Below are positions 44,767 through 56,600 of a stretch of DNA of 64,000 nucleotides, one piece after another. The notes under the pieces were generated by a model. The model searched no databases. It had not been told where the DNA came from and was given only the letters and a program-made list of their open reading frames with translations. Position numbers and translations under genes: made by a program. Position 1 is the stretch's first letter, and each line of letters opens with the position of its first letter. Source of the stretch: Eledone cirrhosa (taxonomy: Eukaryota); assembly GCA_964016885.1 (NCBI GenBank), contig OZ024741.1, positions 104,718,001 to 104,782,000 on the forward strand, read 5' to 3'.

Positions 44767-45322
44767 ATGTATGTATGTATGTATGTATGTATGTATGTAT
44801 GTATGTATGTATGTATGTATGTATGTGTAAGTTTGTGTTATGTATATATGTATGTATGAGTATATTTGTGTATGTATGTGTGTGTTTATGTGTATGTGTG
44901 TACGAATACGTGTGTATATTTGATGTGTTAGTCACTCCCAAGCGAAAACAATCGATTAGCCAGTCGACTATAGTTTTACTACTTCACTAGGAAGTGCACG
45001 TTTGCACGATACCCAATACCTTACGGCTCGTGAACAAATGCTTTTGATTGGATCAATAGTTTCTATTCTTTTATTCTTTTACTGGTTTCAGTCATGAATA
45101 CCATTAGTAGGATTGAACACGAAACCACTTGATAGAGAAGCGAATCTCTCAAGCACACAACCATACCTGCATATATATATATATATATACACTGAGGTAT
45201 CCACTGTAAGTTGTGGGGTCTATTCTGTATGAAGAACTCAATGTAATCCATATGTTGAAAATGTTGTAGGTTAAGATAAATCTCAGAAAACAATAAAACA
45301 TTAAAAGGAAAACAGAGTCATG

Positions 45323-45748
45323 ATATAAGTTAAAACAATGAAATAAAAAATCAAGTCATTAGAGATATACTTCACTGCTTTACGATCGTTTCTAGATGGA
45401 ATGGTTGAACCATGGTTGAACCATTCCTTTCAAAGGGTCATGACCTCAACTAAAGTGTATTACTTTTCATCTTAACACCATATGAAAAAAACAATTTGAT
45501 TCGTTAGTTCTTCAACTACCTCCAAATATGGACATGATACTAATTCTGAGTAAAATTATTATTGAATAAAATTATTATTGCTTTTGAAAACAGCTGGTGA
45601 TATGCATATAAGTAAATATTCTCTCTATCTGATAGTTTGTAAACTTACATAACTGAGTATAGATACAATGTATTATCACCATCTAGAAACGATCGTAAAG
45701 CAGTGAAGTATATCTCTAATGACTTGATTTTTTATTTCATTGTTTTAA

Positions 45749-45755
<7 letters not shown>
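45323..45755. repeat. 77-bp perfect inverted repeat (45323-45399 / 45679-45755)
   Basis: Arms checked base by base. They contain GAAA-CGATCG-TA, the 3' half of a minimal hammerhead. Confidence 0.9.
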
Positions 45756-45807
<52 letters not shown>

Positions 45808-45887
45808 CGAAGGAATTGTGGTAAGGAACCAGATGGACCATAACGCACCTGAGTACTCAATACTTAGGGTAGTAGAGTGGGTAATAG

Positions 45888-45996
45888 GAAAAAGTATGAC
45901 CCTAACGCCAGAGCTCAAGCCGTTTCGACGGCTATTTCTGGTCCAGAAATAGCCGTCGAAACGGCTTGAGCTTTGCCGTCGGGGTCATACTTTTTC
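45888..45996. repeat. 109-nt near-perfect palindrome centred at 45942; third partial arm at ~46019-46066
   Basis: 30-bp perfect inner arms AGCTCAAGCCGTTTCGACGGCTATTTCTGG-T-CCAGAAATAGCCGTCGAAACGGCTTGAGCT. Confidence 0.92.
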
Positions 45997-46065
45997 ATAT
46001 ATATATAGGAACGCTTAGGACCCCTAACGGCTGAGCTCAAGCCGTTTCGACGGCTAATTCTGGAC

Positions 46066-46124
<59 letters not shown>

Positions 46125-46402
46125 CTGCAGATTTAATATCTGCAACTGTGAAGTATATTGCACAGAAACGACTTCGTCCAGGAGGGAGATACATAACCTA
46201 TCTCTACCAAAACACATGCACCGTATTTGCTATTAACTAAAATGTGTGCACTCTGAATTGCTGGCATTACTGTAATCTAGCAGATTTTTTGAGTGGGTGA
46301 GACATTGGCCGGAGACCGTTGAGTTAATACCAACGATTTTCGTAGATATTATATATATATATATATATGAACTCATATCACTAATGATTACGCAAGCAAA
46401 AC

Positions 46403-46465
46403 ACTTTCTGATGAGATCGTATCTGAGGATTACGTAACAGATACCATCGAAATACTCATAACAGT
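46403..46465 (+). ncRNA. Type I hammerhead ribozyme
   Basis: CTGATGA (46408-14), stem II GATCGTATCTG/CAGATACCATC (10 of 11 pairs), GAAA (46449-52), short stem III T-actc-A, TA site, stem I ACTTT/ACAGT with one mismatch. Confidence 0.7.
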
Positions 46466-46767
46466 AATTACATAATGACTAGAATGTCGTGAAATTCAGA
46501 CATTCTGCATTCTAATTCATTACTATACCAACACTCTGTCATATACACACTGCGTGACAATATCATAGCGGGAGATATACTATGTCCATTGCTCATCCTG
46601 CTTAGACAAGTGTTCATTATTCTATACCTGAAAACTAATAACGGATTTATTAACACGGAATTACCATAGCATATATATATACATACACATGTATGTATGT
46701 ATGTATGTATGTATGTATGTATGTATGTATGTATGTATGTATGTATGTTTGTATGTATGTATGTATG

Positions 46768-47374
46768 TCAGGTCACCAGTTGGTGCTACTGGTAACATGT
46801 ATCCCAGTACAACCTGTCCCATGGTCGGGTCGTTGGCGACTAAACTGGCAGACCCACCAAGGTTTATTGGTGCGGAGGGTGACTTTGGACATCCTGCAGG
46901 ACTAAAAACAAAACCTGTCAAAGGGCAAAGGAGCTGTTAAGAGTCAATGGCCATCCAAAATCACTGGGAGAGATGACCCCTTAGCCTTTGTCAAGGCAGA
47001 ATTCTAGGAGAAGGAAAACTCTGATATAACACCTGCAACTCTGATGGTATCCAATGATGTTGACTTGTTATTCTTTTTGGTAAATATCATCTTGGTTAAG
47101 AGAGTGGGACTGGCTTTGTGCAGTGCCTTTGCTCACTATAAAAGCTTCACGGCACAGGCATTGCTTTATATCTGGAGATCTCTCTACACTTGTCGTCACA
47201 TGGTACCATGGGCCCAGCACTATGTGTCAATAATTGTCACAAGTGTAGTGTTTGTACCAGAGTTTTCAAGTCGCTGGCTGGATTAAAAAGTCACACTCGT
47301 TCAGCGCATCGGTAGGAGTTCTCCTACATGGATATAAAGTAGTGGCCGTACTCGAAAACGAGTTGGCAGCCACC
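46768..47374 (+). mobile_element. Internally deleted RTE-type element (5' UTR fused to 3' end) flanked by (TATG)n
   Basis: RTE-like 5' motif CTAGGAGAAGGAAAACTCTGA; C-terminal C2H2 remnant HKCSVCTRVFKSLAGLKSHTRSAHR* (47238-47315); 3' hairpin CTCG-aaaa-CGAG. (TATG)n at 46689-46767 and 47375-47389. Confidence 0.75.
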
Positions 47375-47810
47375 ATGTATGTATGTATGGGAGAACGAGG
47401 TCAAGAGAAAGATATAGGTAGAAAGAATGAAGGAGTGAGAGAAAGAGAGAGAGGGGGTGATAGTGGAGGTGGAGAAAGGAATATCATATATCATAAAAGG
47501 AAATAAGTTGAGGGGAAACGTTTATCTCATCTACCCGAGATAATTGAAATTCAGTCAATTTGTGATAGAATTTTTTTTGCTACATTGACGAATAGCTTGA
47601 AGCATGCAATTAGTTGGCGATGATCTACTTTAACTCGCTGCTCCAGGCACTGTTATTTATTTTGGATGATGTCATTTCAGCTGGAATGTACAAATAACAT
47701 TTAGTTCGTTATCAGATATAATGAATTTATATTGTTATTTGATGGTCTCCTGAACAATGTTGTCAGCCATGTTGATACTGGGTTGGTTCATGGAAGTCCA
47801 TACAGCGACT

Positions 47811-47811
47811 A

Positions 47812-47890
<79 letters not shown>

Positions 47891-47891
47891 A

Positions 47892-47949
<58 letters not shown>
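47811..47949. repeat. (TATC)n / GATA microsatellite
   Basis: Direct reading. Further tracts at 53589-53645, 58554-58632 and 61446-61504. Confidence 0.98.
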
Positions 47950-48172
47950 GCAGACGTGTGTAACTTCGCGGAGAAGTTTCCGTTATTTTATATAAGAAAA
48001 AAACGTGAGTTTTCAGTTAAATTTTTATATTATTGTGTAACTTGACCCCCTGTCTGAACCTTCAGGTGGTGGGTGAACTCATTTTCGCCCCTACAGGGGC
48101 GAAATATTCGTTTGAAAAGTTTTTTCTCCATCGAATTTTTGGAAAAAATATCGTAAGAAGTTTAATTACGTT

Positions 48173-49879
48173 ATGAACGCTGCGTTCGACGATAATGGTG
48201 GTGGAGAGGCGGTAAGACTACATAGCTCGCAGTCAACATCGTCTTCTTCCCTAGATACTATGGAGATGGAAAGACAAAATGAAAATGTAAAAACAAATTC
48301 ATATCCAAACAACACAAATGACACCAAACAGTACAATGACAACAAAAATAACAACAACAACACCAATAATGATAATAAAAACAACAATGACAACAACAAC
48401 AACAACAACAAAGAAAAAAATAAAGACAACACCAATAATACCAGCATCAAAGACAACAACTACACCAACACCAACACCAAGGAAAATACGAATAATATCA
48501 ACATCAGTGACAACAACAATAACAACAATAACAACAATAATGACAACACCACCAACACGGATAATTCCACAAAGTAACCAAAAATATCCTTTGCACAGAC
48601 AGTTCAGAAAAAGGAGGAACTGACATATCTTGACATAACAAATGCCGAACAACTTTTAAAGGACGCTAGGAGATATGTCACTTTCGAAAAAATAGTGCTT
48701 TCAGCATCAATTCTCCGGTAGAAACTCGCAAGGAAACTGCTCTCAAAACGATAGTTTTTAGGACAGTTTCCAATGCTACCCGAAATCCAGTCCAATTGTC
48801 ACAGAAAGAAATTGAACTGGTTTTCAAAAATTCAATGAATGATATTTCATGCATTCAAAGAAGAAAACTCTTTGGGAGTATTTCGGTACTCATGAAGGAT
48901 CAATTGACGTCCCAAAATTACTCTGTGTCGCCAATTGTATCCAACCTGTATACCTTTTTCCCTACATACCTGGGAAAAAGGACACAAAAGATTAAAATCA
49001 CGAGTGTCACACCAAAAGTAAATGTATGGTGGATACTGTGCGGCTTCATCAATTTTGATGAAGACAGAATACTGTCAGTAGGAAAGTCCCCCAGAGATGT
49101 ATTCAATGGGATTAGCATTGAAGTTCTGATGCAAATGAGCCCAGAGCGAATAGCTATAATCCCACAACGTGTACTCCTGGACCACTGCAAAATCACATAC
49201 AGACACAACAGCTCCCCAAGACATACCCCTCCCCAATCACACAGACGATACGACAGATGAGGCTATCTCGCCATCACCCAGTGAAGACGAGGGAGAACCC
49301 CATCGCTCGAAAAGAAAGAAAAGACATCACAAAAACAAAAAACCAGCAAACACTACCACAAACATACAACCACCAACACAAACAACAAAAACATCACAAA
49401 CAAAATCCCCACCTCCTGAAAACAAAATACCTACAACAAAACGAAAGTACACACAAGAACTACAGACAAAAACAAACACAACACAAGAAAATTACACTTA
49501 CACTTACATAAACACTGAAAACAAAACACTAATGGAGACCATCACGAACGATCCTTCGGTGAAAACCGAAGGGAAAACTTTCGCCCACTCTATTAAAAAT
49601 AGCAAAAAACTGAACCTAAAACTGATTAGGGTCCCTATACAAACTTATAGGTCCCTAAAAGAAACATTTGAGAAGGATGTGGGGAATTCCTGCGTGAAAC
49701 CACTCAACCGCGTCCTTCTCAAATGTCTCCCCACCCCAGACACCCCCATCCCACCAGACCCGACCCCACCAAACATCTCCGTCCCCACCCTGCCGGAAAC
49801 CACCACCCATCCAGACAACCCCTCCAACACCCCCATGGAAATCGTGCGGCCTGGTCCCCAGGAGACGAAAGGTGAGTGA
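48173..49879 (+). pseudogene. Tx1 ORF1, disrupted; zinc knuckle not visible
   Basis: Asn-rich N-terminus, ISFAQTV, PTYLGKRTQKIKIT (compare PSYCGKK..RVKLT), C-terminal FEKDVG..NR (compare FPKDTG..SR). Confidence 0.75.
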
Positions 49880-49911
49880 TCTCTTTTCCTCTTTAACTTT
49901 TCAGCACCAAC

Positions 49912-52900
49912 ATGGCCAATATAAGAGTTGGATGTGTGAACGTACGCGGCCTGGGGATGCCCTGGAAACAGGGCAAACTCTTAAACGACCTCAGATCGCA
50001 CAGTATAGATGTGGTAGCCATTTTCGAGTCCAGGATCCACAGCGAACGACAGCTGGCCCCCATCTTCGATGACTTTGAGATCTATGCATCTCTCTGTCAA
50101 CCGGGGGGTGGGGGCGGAGTTGCCGTTTTGCTGCGGAAACACCTGGGCCTCGTAACACAGACGGTACATCTGGACCCGGAGGGTCGACTGGTGGTTCTAG
50201 ACGTTGACGGTAGTGAAGGTGGAGCCTTTAGGCTGGTGGCCGCATATTCCCCATCCGGGACACCGCGGCCAGACTTCTTCAAACGCCTAGAGACTTTTCT
50301 GGGAACGTCCCGCTCCTTGTTTTTAGTGGGGGACTGGAATGGAATCCTAGATGCACGTTGGGACTATGTGGGAGCATGTCCCAATAAAGGGGCGTGTAAC
50401 AGCCTCAAACAGTTAATCGACCGATTTGACCTGGCCGATAGATATCGACTAGATTTTCCGACTGCGCCACTGTGGACGTGGAGTAATCGTAGCGGAACAT
50501 CTAGATCGTACCTAGATAGGGTTCTAGTTAGAAATAAGGATAGGGACATGTTAAGCTGTCCACAAATGTTCATGGTTGCCTATTCATATCACAAACTAGT
50601 GACCTGCATGGCCAACCTTGATAGAACCCATAGACAAGGACCCGGCTACTGGAAGCTGAACTTGTCGTTACCGACAAGCAAAGCCTACAGTAGACGGATT
50701 AGCACTTTAGTTAAACAACACTTGACAGGGGCCATTGTCAACAACAGATGGTGGTACTCTCTCAAGAGGGCAGTTAGATTAGACTCGATAGTTTTTAGTA
50801 AAGAATTAGCGTTAGATAGAAATAGAACCGAGAAGGAACTGATAGATAAAGTAGAAGAGGCAATTAGAAGTGGCAACGTAGCCAGCGTGCTAGCAACGAG
50901 AATGGCCTTGGACCAGTTCTTCGACGCAAAGCACGAGGGCTGCGTTGTCAGAAGAAAAATACGTGCTCTGGGAAACGAGGGAGCCAAAGCTGTTAGCTGG
51001 GCCCGAGTGACGGAGGCAAAAAGTGGCAACAAGTCCACGATTCGGTCTTTGAAGGACCAAAACGGACGCGTTATACGTGAGCCGAAGCAGACGTGTGCGG
51101 CTTTTCAGCGGCACTTTGCTCAACTGTTCGGGAGGAGCGGCGCGCCGGGAGAGGCTATGGATATCGGTCCATACCTCGACGGCGTACCGCGACTCTCGGA
51201 CAGCGAGGCAAAGTTCTGCGAAAAGCCGATTTCAGCCGCTGAGATAGGGGACGCGCTGAGCCAATGCGGCAAACGCAAATCTCCAGGTCTCGACGGTCTA
51301 CCCGACGAATTTTACGTAGCAATGCCGGACTTATTCTCCGGTCTCCTGGAAGCGGTCTACTGCAACTGGCAACAGAACGGGAGAATTCCCAGTTCTGTAA
51401 CCGGGGGCGTGGTTACACTAATCAGGAAGGACGAGAATAAGGGGGATGACATAGGCAACTTCCGGCCCATAACTCTGCTAAACACAGAGTTACAGAATTT
51501 GGTCAAGGTCTTGGCAAAGAGGCTGGCGCTTGTCGTCGAGAACCTGGTGGGAGAAGCGCAGACATGCGCAATCCCGACCAGGTCCATACACGACAACCTC
51601 CACCTCATGCGATACATCATAGAGAGGGTAGGGTGTAAACCCGGCTTCGGTGGGGCCCTGATCAACTTGGATCAGTCTAAGGTTTTCGATAGGGTTGACC
51701 ATCGTTACCTGGATGCGGTGCTCGAGGCGGCAGGCTTCGGACCCGTGTTCAGGGGCTGGATTGCTGCAATGCACAACAGCAACATCTGCTCTAGGGTCAA
51801 GGTGAACGGCTACCTCTCGGAGCCGTTCCATATCACGCTATCCATTCGATAGGGATTCCCTCTCTCCTCCCTTCTGTACGTACTGACTCTCGAGCCACTA
51901 CTGCGGAAGCTGGAGCTATTGCAGGGCATCCCTCTGGAACCAGGACTGCGGAAAGCGACGTCGGCCTACGTCGACGACGTGACAGTAATGGTCTCGAGCG
52001 CCTCGCAAATCGAGGAAGTCGGCACCTTACTGAAGGAATACGAAAGTTTCACAGGAGCGAAGCTGAACCGGGACAAGTCCATCGGTTTGCAACTCGGATC
52101 GTGGAGAGGCAAATCGATGCCTTCCGATGGCGTCGTCGGACGCTGGACGGAAGAACCGGTAAAGCTGCTCGGGGTCTGGTTTCGTCCGGACCTCCAGGTG
52201 GAGAAGAACTGGAACGAAGTGACGGCCAAGGTGTTTGCACTCACCCAGAAGTGGGCCGAGTGCAAACTATCCTTGAAAGGTCGAGCGGAGGTGGCGAACA
52301 CTTTCATAGCGTCTGCCATCTACTACCGCTTGACGGTCGTGCCTTGTCCAGCCAAAACGCTCGCCAAAATGGAGCGCGCGCTCTTCCGATTCCTTTGGAA
52401 GAGGCGGGCTCCTTTGGTGAGAAGATCCATCTGCTGCCAACACCCTTCTAACGGAGGGCTGAGGATGCCGTGGTTGACGATGCGCAAACACGCGCCCAGG
52501 CTGCAGAATCTCTACGTATTCCTCACCGGACAACCGGTGTGGGCCCCGTTCGTGAGGCGAGCCTTCCCACGACTCGTCTCGCTGACCGAGCTGCAGTCCT
52601 GGGTCAAGCAAAGACCGATGAAAATGGGCGACTGGCACATCGAATGTGCTCAGGCGCTCACAGCCCTCTGGCAGGCGGACCCGGCGATCAGTAGAGACTC
52701 CACTTCGTCATTCTATAGAGGGTTGATCCGCAGCACGTGCGACGACGCGCTCGGTGAAACTCTAGGCGTAGAGGAAGAGGAACTGGCCAGTCTGTTCGGT
52801 AGGACCTTCCGCCCGGGACCGATGGACAACTTCCAAAAGTCCCTGGCTTGGCAGTGCTACCGAGGAGCTCTACCAGTTCGAGACAAGCTCTACAGACATG

Positions 52901-53349
52901 CGCGCCCGGGCAGGGACCCTGCAAAAAAGATCTGTCCGAGGTGCGTGCGAAACGAAGAAACCGTCGTGCACGCATTCATACACTGCCCGGGCGTCACTGA
53001 CCTGTGGGGCTATGTAGAACGACTATTGTCGCTGGTGGGACCAATCCGGTTGACCACCGAGTCCATTGTCATGATCAAACCGCCACCCTCATTCAAAAAC
53101 GAAGGAGAGGCGGTTTTCCTTTGTGTGATAGCTATGGCGAAAGAGGTTGTATGGTGGACAAGGTTGAAAGGGCTGAGGTCAGACACCTTTCTCTCCGGCC
53201 AACAACTGATTCTTTTTTTCAAATACCACTTTGGAAGAAGAATCAGGATGGAGAGAGAGGTGCTGTACCCCAGTAAGTTTTATGAAAGGTGGGTGAAAGT
53301 GGCGAGAATGGCCCGAGTGAATGGGCCTTCTCTCTATATCAGCCTGTAG
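49912..53349 (+). pseudogene. Tx1 ORF2 APE-RT with one in-frame stop at 51850-52
   Basis: CVNVRGL, GDWN, SYLDR, FRPITLLN, DQSKVFD, SIR*GFPLS, YVDD, CPRC..HAFIHC. Confidence 0.92.
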
Positions 53350-53588
53350 GTTGAGGAAAAGGAGGAGGAGAGGAAAGGAGTACAAACCCTTCGTACTCCT
53401 GGAGATGAGGGTTGCACATTTTTTCGAGGGTATGTGTTACCCATATAAACTGTCTCCCCCTATTGGGGAAAATCGACTAAGCTTTTAAATTGCATTTGTG
53501 ATAACATTTTACACGTTTTTATTGTATGTAAACTTACCCCTTTGTATTTGTCCCCTTCTTTTGTGCCCCTGTGGCTAATAAAGAAACA

Positions 53589-53645
<57 letters not shown>

Positions 53646-53646
<1 letters not shown>

Positions 53647-56600
53647 CATTTTTGTACCATTTTGTAGAGGGACTGCTAGGTCAAATTTTGATCTGGTCAG
53701 TCTCTCAAAATATTCTACGCCTTTAGGCGAAATAGTTAACAAAAAGTTTTTTTTTGAAAAGCTAACATTTTTTTTAAATGGCTGAAACTTCTTCACCAAA
53801 ATTCGAAGGAGGAAAGGGGGAAGATATCCTTACAGCTTCCCCTTGCCACTGTCATCGTAACAGATGTCAAAGACAAAGGTCAGCCAGAGGAAGGATTTTC
53901 TCCACCTGCTGACCGACAACTTGACGTTGCCATGGCAACAAACCAAACAACCAGCGGCACCAGCAACAACAACAACAACAATGCTACGGACGAAAACAAC
54001 ACCAACAACAATAACAATAGCAACAACAACAAGACCAATAACTGTGATAACAACAACAATGATAACAACAGCACCACCAACTACAACAGCAACACAAACA
54101 AGGAAAAGGTCTCCTTCGCCCAGACGGCAAGGAAAACCCTCGACTATCTGCCAGTAGATATAACCAAAGCGAAGGAGCTACTGGCAGATGCCAAAAAATA
54201 CATAATGTACGGGGAAAATGGATCATTACAAAACACCCGTACCGCAAACACAACCCGAAAATCTACCCTTCCCCTCCAACGCGGAAGATGACCCTCGTTC
54301 GTCGTCAGATGAGGAGGAGCACTACCACACAACCAAAAGAAAAAAAAACACACCTCAGACACACAAATGAAAACAACCCCTCCCCAAAACATAACACTGA
54401 CACCAACACAAAAGAGCACACAACAACAGCAAACAAAAAAAACCACACAAAAACAAAAACATGCATACACATACATAAACACAAGAAATAAAAAAAACTG
54501 TTAAACATTGTGTACAACAACAATTTAATAAAAACCCAAGGGCCTAACTTCACCCAGGCAGGGGATTTCCCCCACCTCAAAATGATTAAGGCCCCAGAGG
54601 ACACATATAAAACACTAAAAAAAACAACTTTAAAGAGGACGTGGGCTCCCCCTGCGTCGAGCCCATTAACCGCGTTCTCCTAAAAAACTACCCCACCCCC
54701 TCCCCAAACACCCACACAACTCCAAACACCCAACCACACAACACACTGTTGCCCCTACACTTCCACAAACCACCACCCCACCCAACAACCCATCCCCCAC
54801 CCTCATGGAAATTGTGCAGCCCGATACCCGGGACGCAGAGAGGTAAGTGCCTTTTCTCTTTACCACCAATATGGCTATGCTAATAGTAGGCTGTCTAAAT
54901 GCGCGTGGCCTGGGCTCAACTTGGAAGCAAGCAATGCTTCTAAATGACCTCAGGTCTCAATGTATAGATGTGATGGTTATTTGCGAGGCCCGGATCAGCA
55001 ACGTGCGACAGCTGGCCCCCACCTTTGATGACTTTGAGATGCACGCATCTCTCTGTCAGCCCGGAGGTGGGGGTGGGGTTGTCGTTCTGCTGCAAAAACA
55101 TCTGGGTCTCGCAACACAGACGGTACATTTGGACCTGGAGGGTCGACTAGTGGTTCTGGACCTTGGCAGTGGTGAAGGCGGAACGTTTAGGTTGGTAGCC
55201 GTCTACGGCCCTTTCGGGTCAATGCGGCCGGACTTCTTCCATCGTCTGGAGACTTTTCTAGGGACGTCTCGCTCCTTGCTATTAGTGGGGGAGTGGAATG
55301 GTATCCTAGATGCACGCTGGGACTACGTAGGGGCCTGTCCTGATAGAGAGCGGTGTAATAGCCTCAAAGGGTTAATCGGTCGATTCGACCTGGCCAATAG
55401 ATATCGACTAGATTTTCCGACTGCGCCAACCTGGACTTGGGCAAACTTCAGTGGATCATCTAGGTCGTACCTAGATAGGTTCTTAGTTAGAAATAAGGAT
55501 AAGGACTTTTTAAGTTGTCCAAAAATGCGCATGGTTGGCTATTCAGACCACACGTTAGTGACCTGCATGGTCAACCTTGACAGAACGCATAAACAGGGAC
55601 CCGGTTACTGGAAGCTCAACTTGTCCTTACTGGCAAGTAAGGCTTACAGGGACCGGATTAGCACTTTAGTTAAGGAGCGGTTGACGGGCGCTATCGTCAA
55701 CAGCAGGTGGTGGGGATCTCTCAAAAGATAGATTAGAGTAGTCTCTATAGAATTTAGTAAGGAGTTAGCCTCAAATAGAAATAGGAAGGAAAGGGAGTTG
55801 GTAGATAGTGTAGAAGAGGCAATTAGAAGCGGCGACGTGGCCAGGGTGCTAGCGTCGAGAACGGCCCTGGGCCAGTTCTTCGACGCGAAACACGAAGGAT
55901 GCACTGTCCGAAGCAAAATACGTGCTCTGGGAAACGAAGGGATCAAAGCAGCTAGCTGGGCCCGCGTGAAAGAAGCCAAAAGAGGGAGTAGATCCACTAT
56001 CCGGTCTTTGCGAGACCAGGATGGACGGGTGATCCTTGAGCCTAAGCAGATGTGCGAGGCTTTTCAAAAGCACTTTGCCAGATTGTTCGGAAGGGGAGGG
56101 GAGCCGGTTGGGAAAGTGGACTTCGGTCCATACCTCGACGGCCTGCCGCGTCTCTCGGACAGGGAGGCGAAGTCCTGCGAGGAGCTGATTTCAGCCGCTG
56201 AGATAGAGGACGTGCTGAGCCAATGCGGCAAACGCAAATCCCCGGGTCTCGATGGTCTTCCATACGAACTATATCTAGCTATGCCGGACTTGTTCCCCTA
56301 TCTCCTCGAGGCGGTCTACTGCAACTGGCAACAGAACGGGAGAATTCCCTGTGCTGTGACCAAGGGCGTAGTCACGCTAGTGAGGAAGGACGAGAACAAG
56401 GGGGACGATATAAATAATTTTAGGCCCATAACTCAACTAAATACAGAGTTACAGATTTTGGCCAAGTGCTAGCAAAGAGGTTGGCGCTTGTCGTGGGCAA
56501 CCTGGTGGAGTATGCGCAGACATGCGCTATCCCGTCCAGGTCCAGCCACAACAACCTCCACCTCATGCGATACATCATAGAGAGGGTTGGGAACGAACCC

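Larger units (their letters stand above)
47950..53588 (+). mobile_element. Tx1-clade LINE family B copy 1, in (TATC)n
   Basis: 5' UTR, Asn-rich ORF1, APE-RT ORF2, 3' end GTGGCTAATAAAGAAACA+(TATC)n. Confidence 0.93.
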
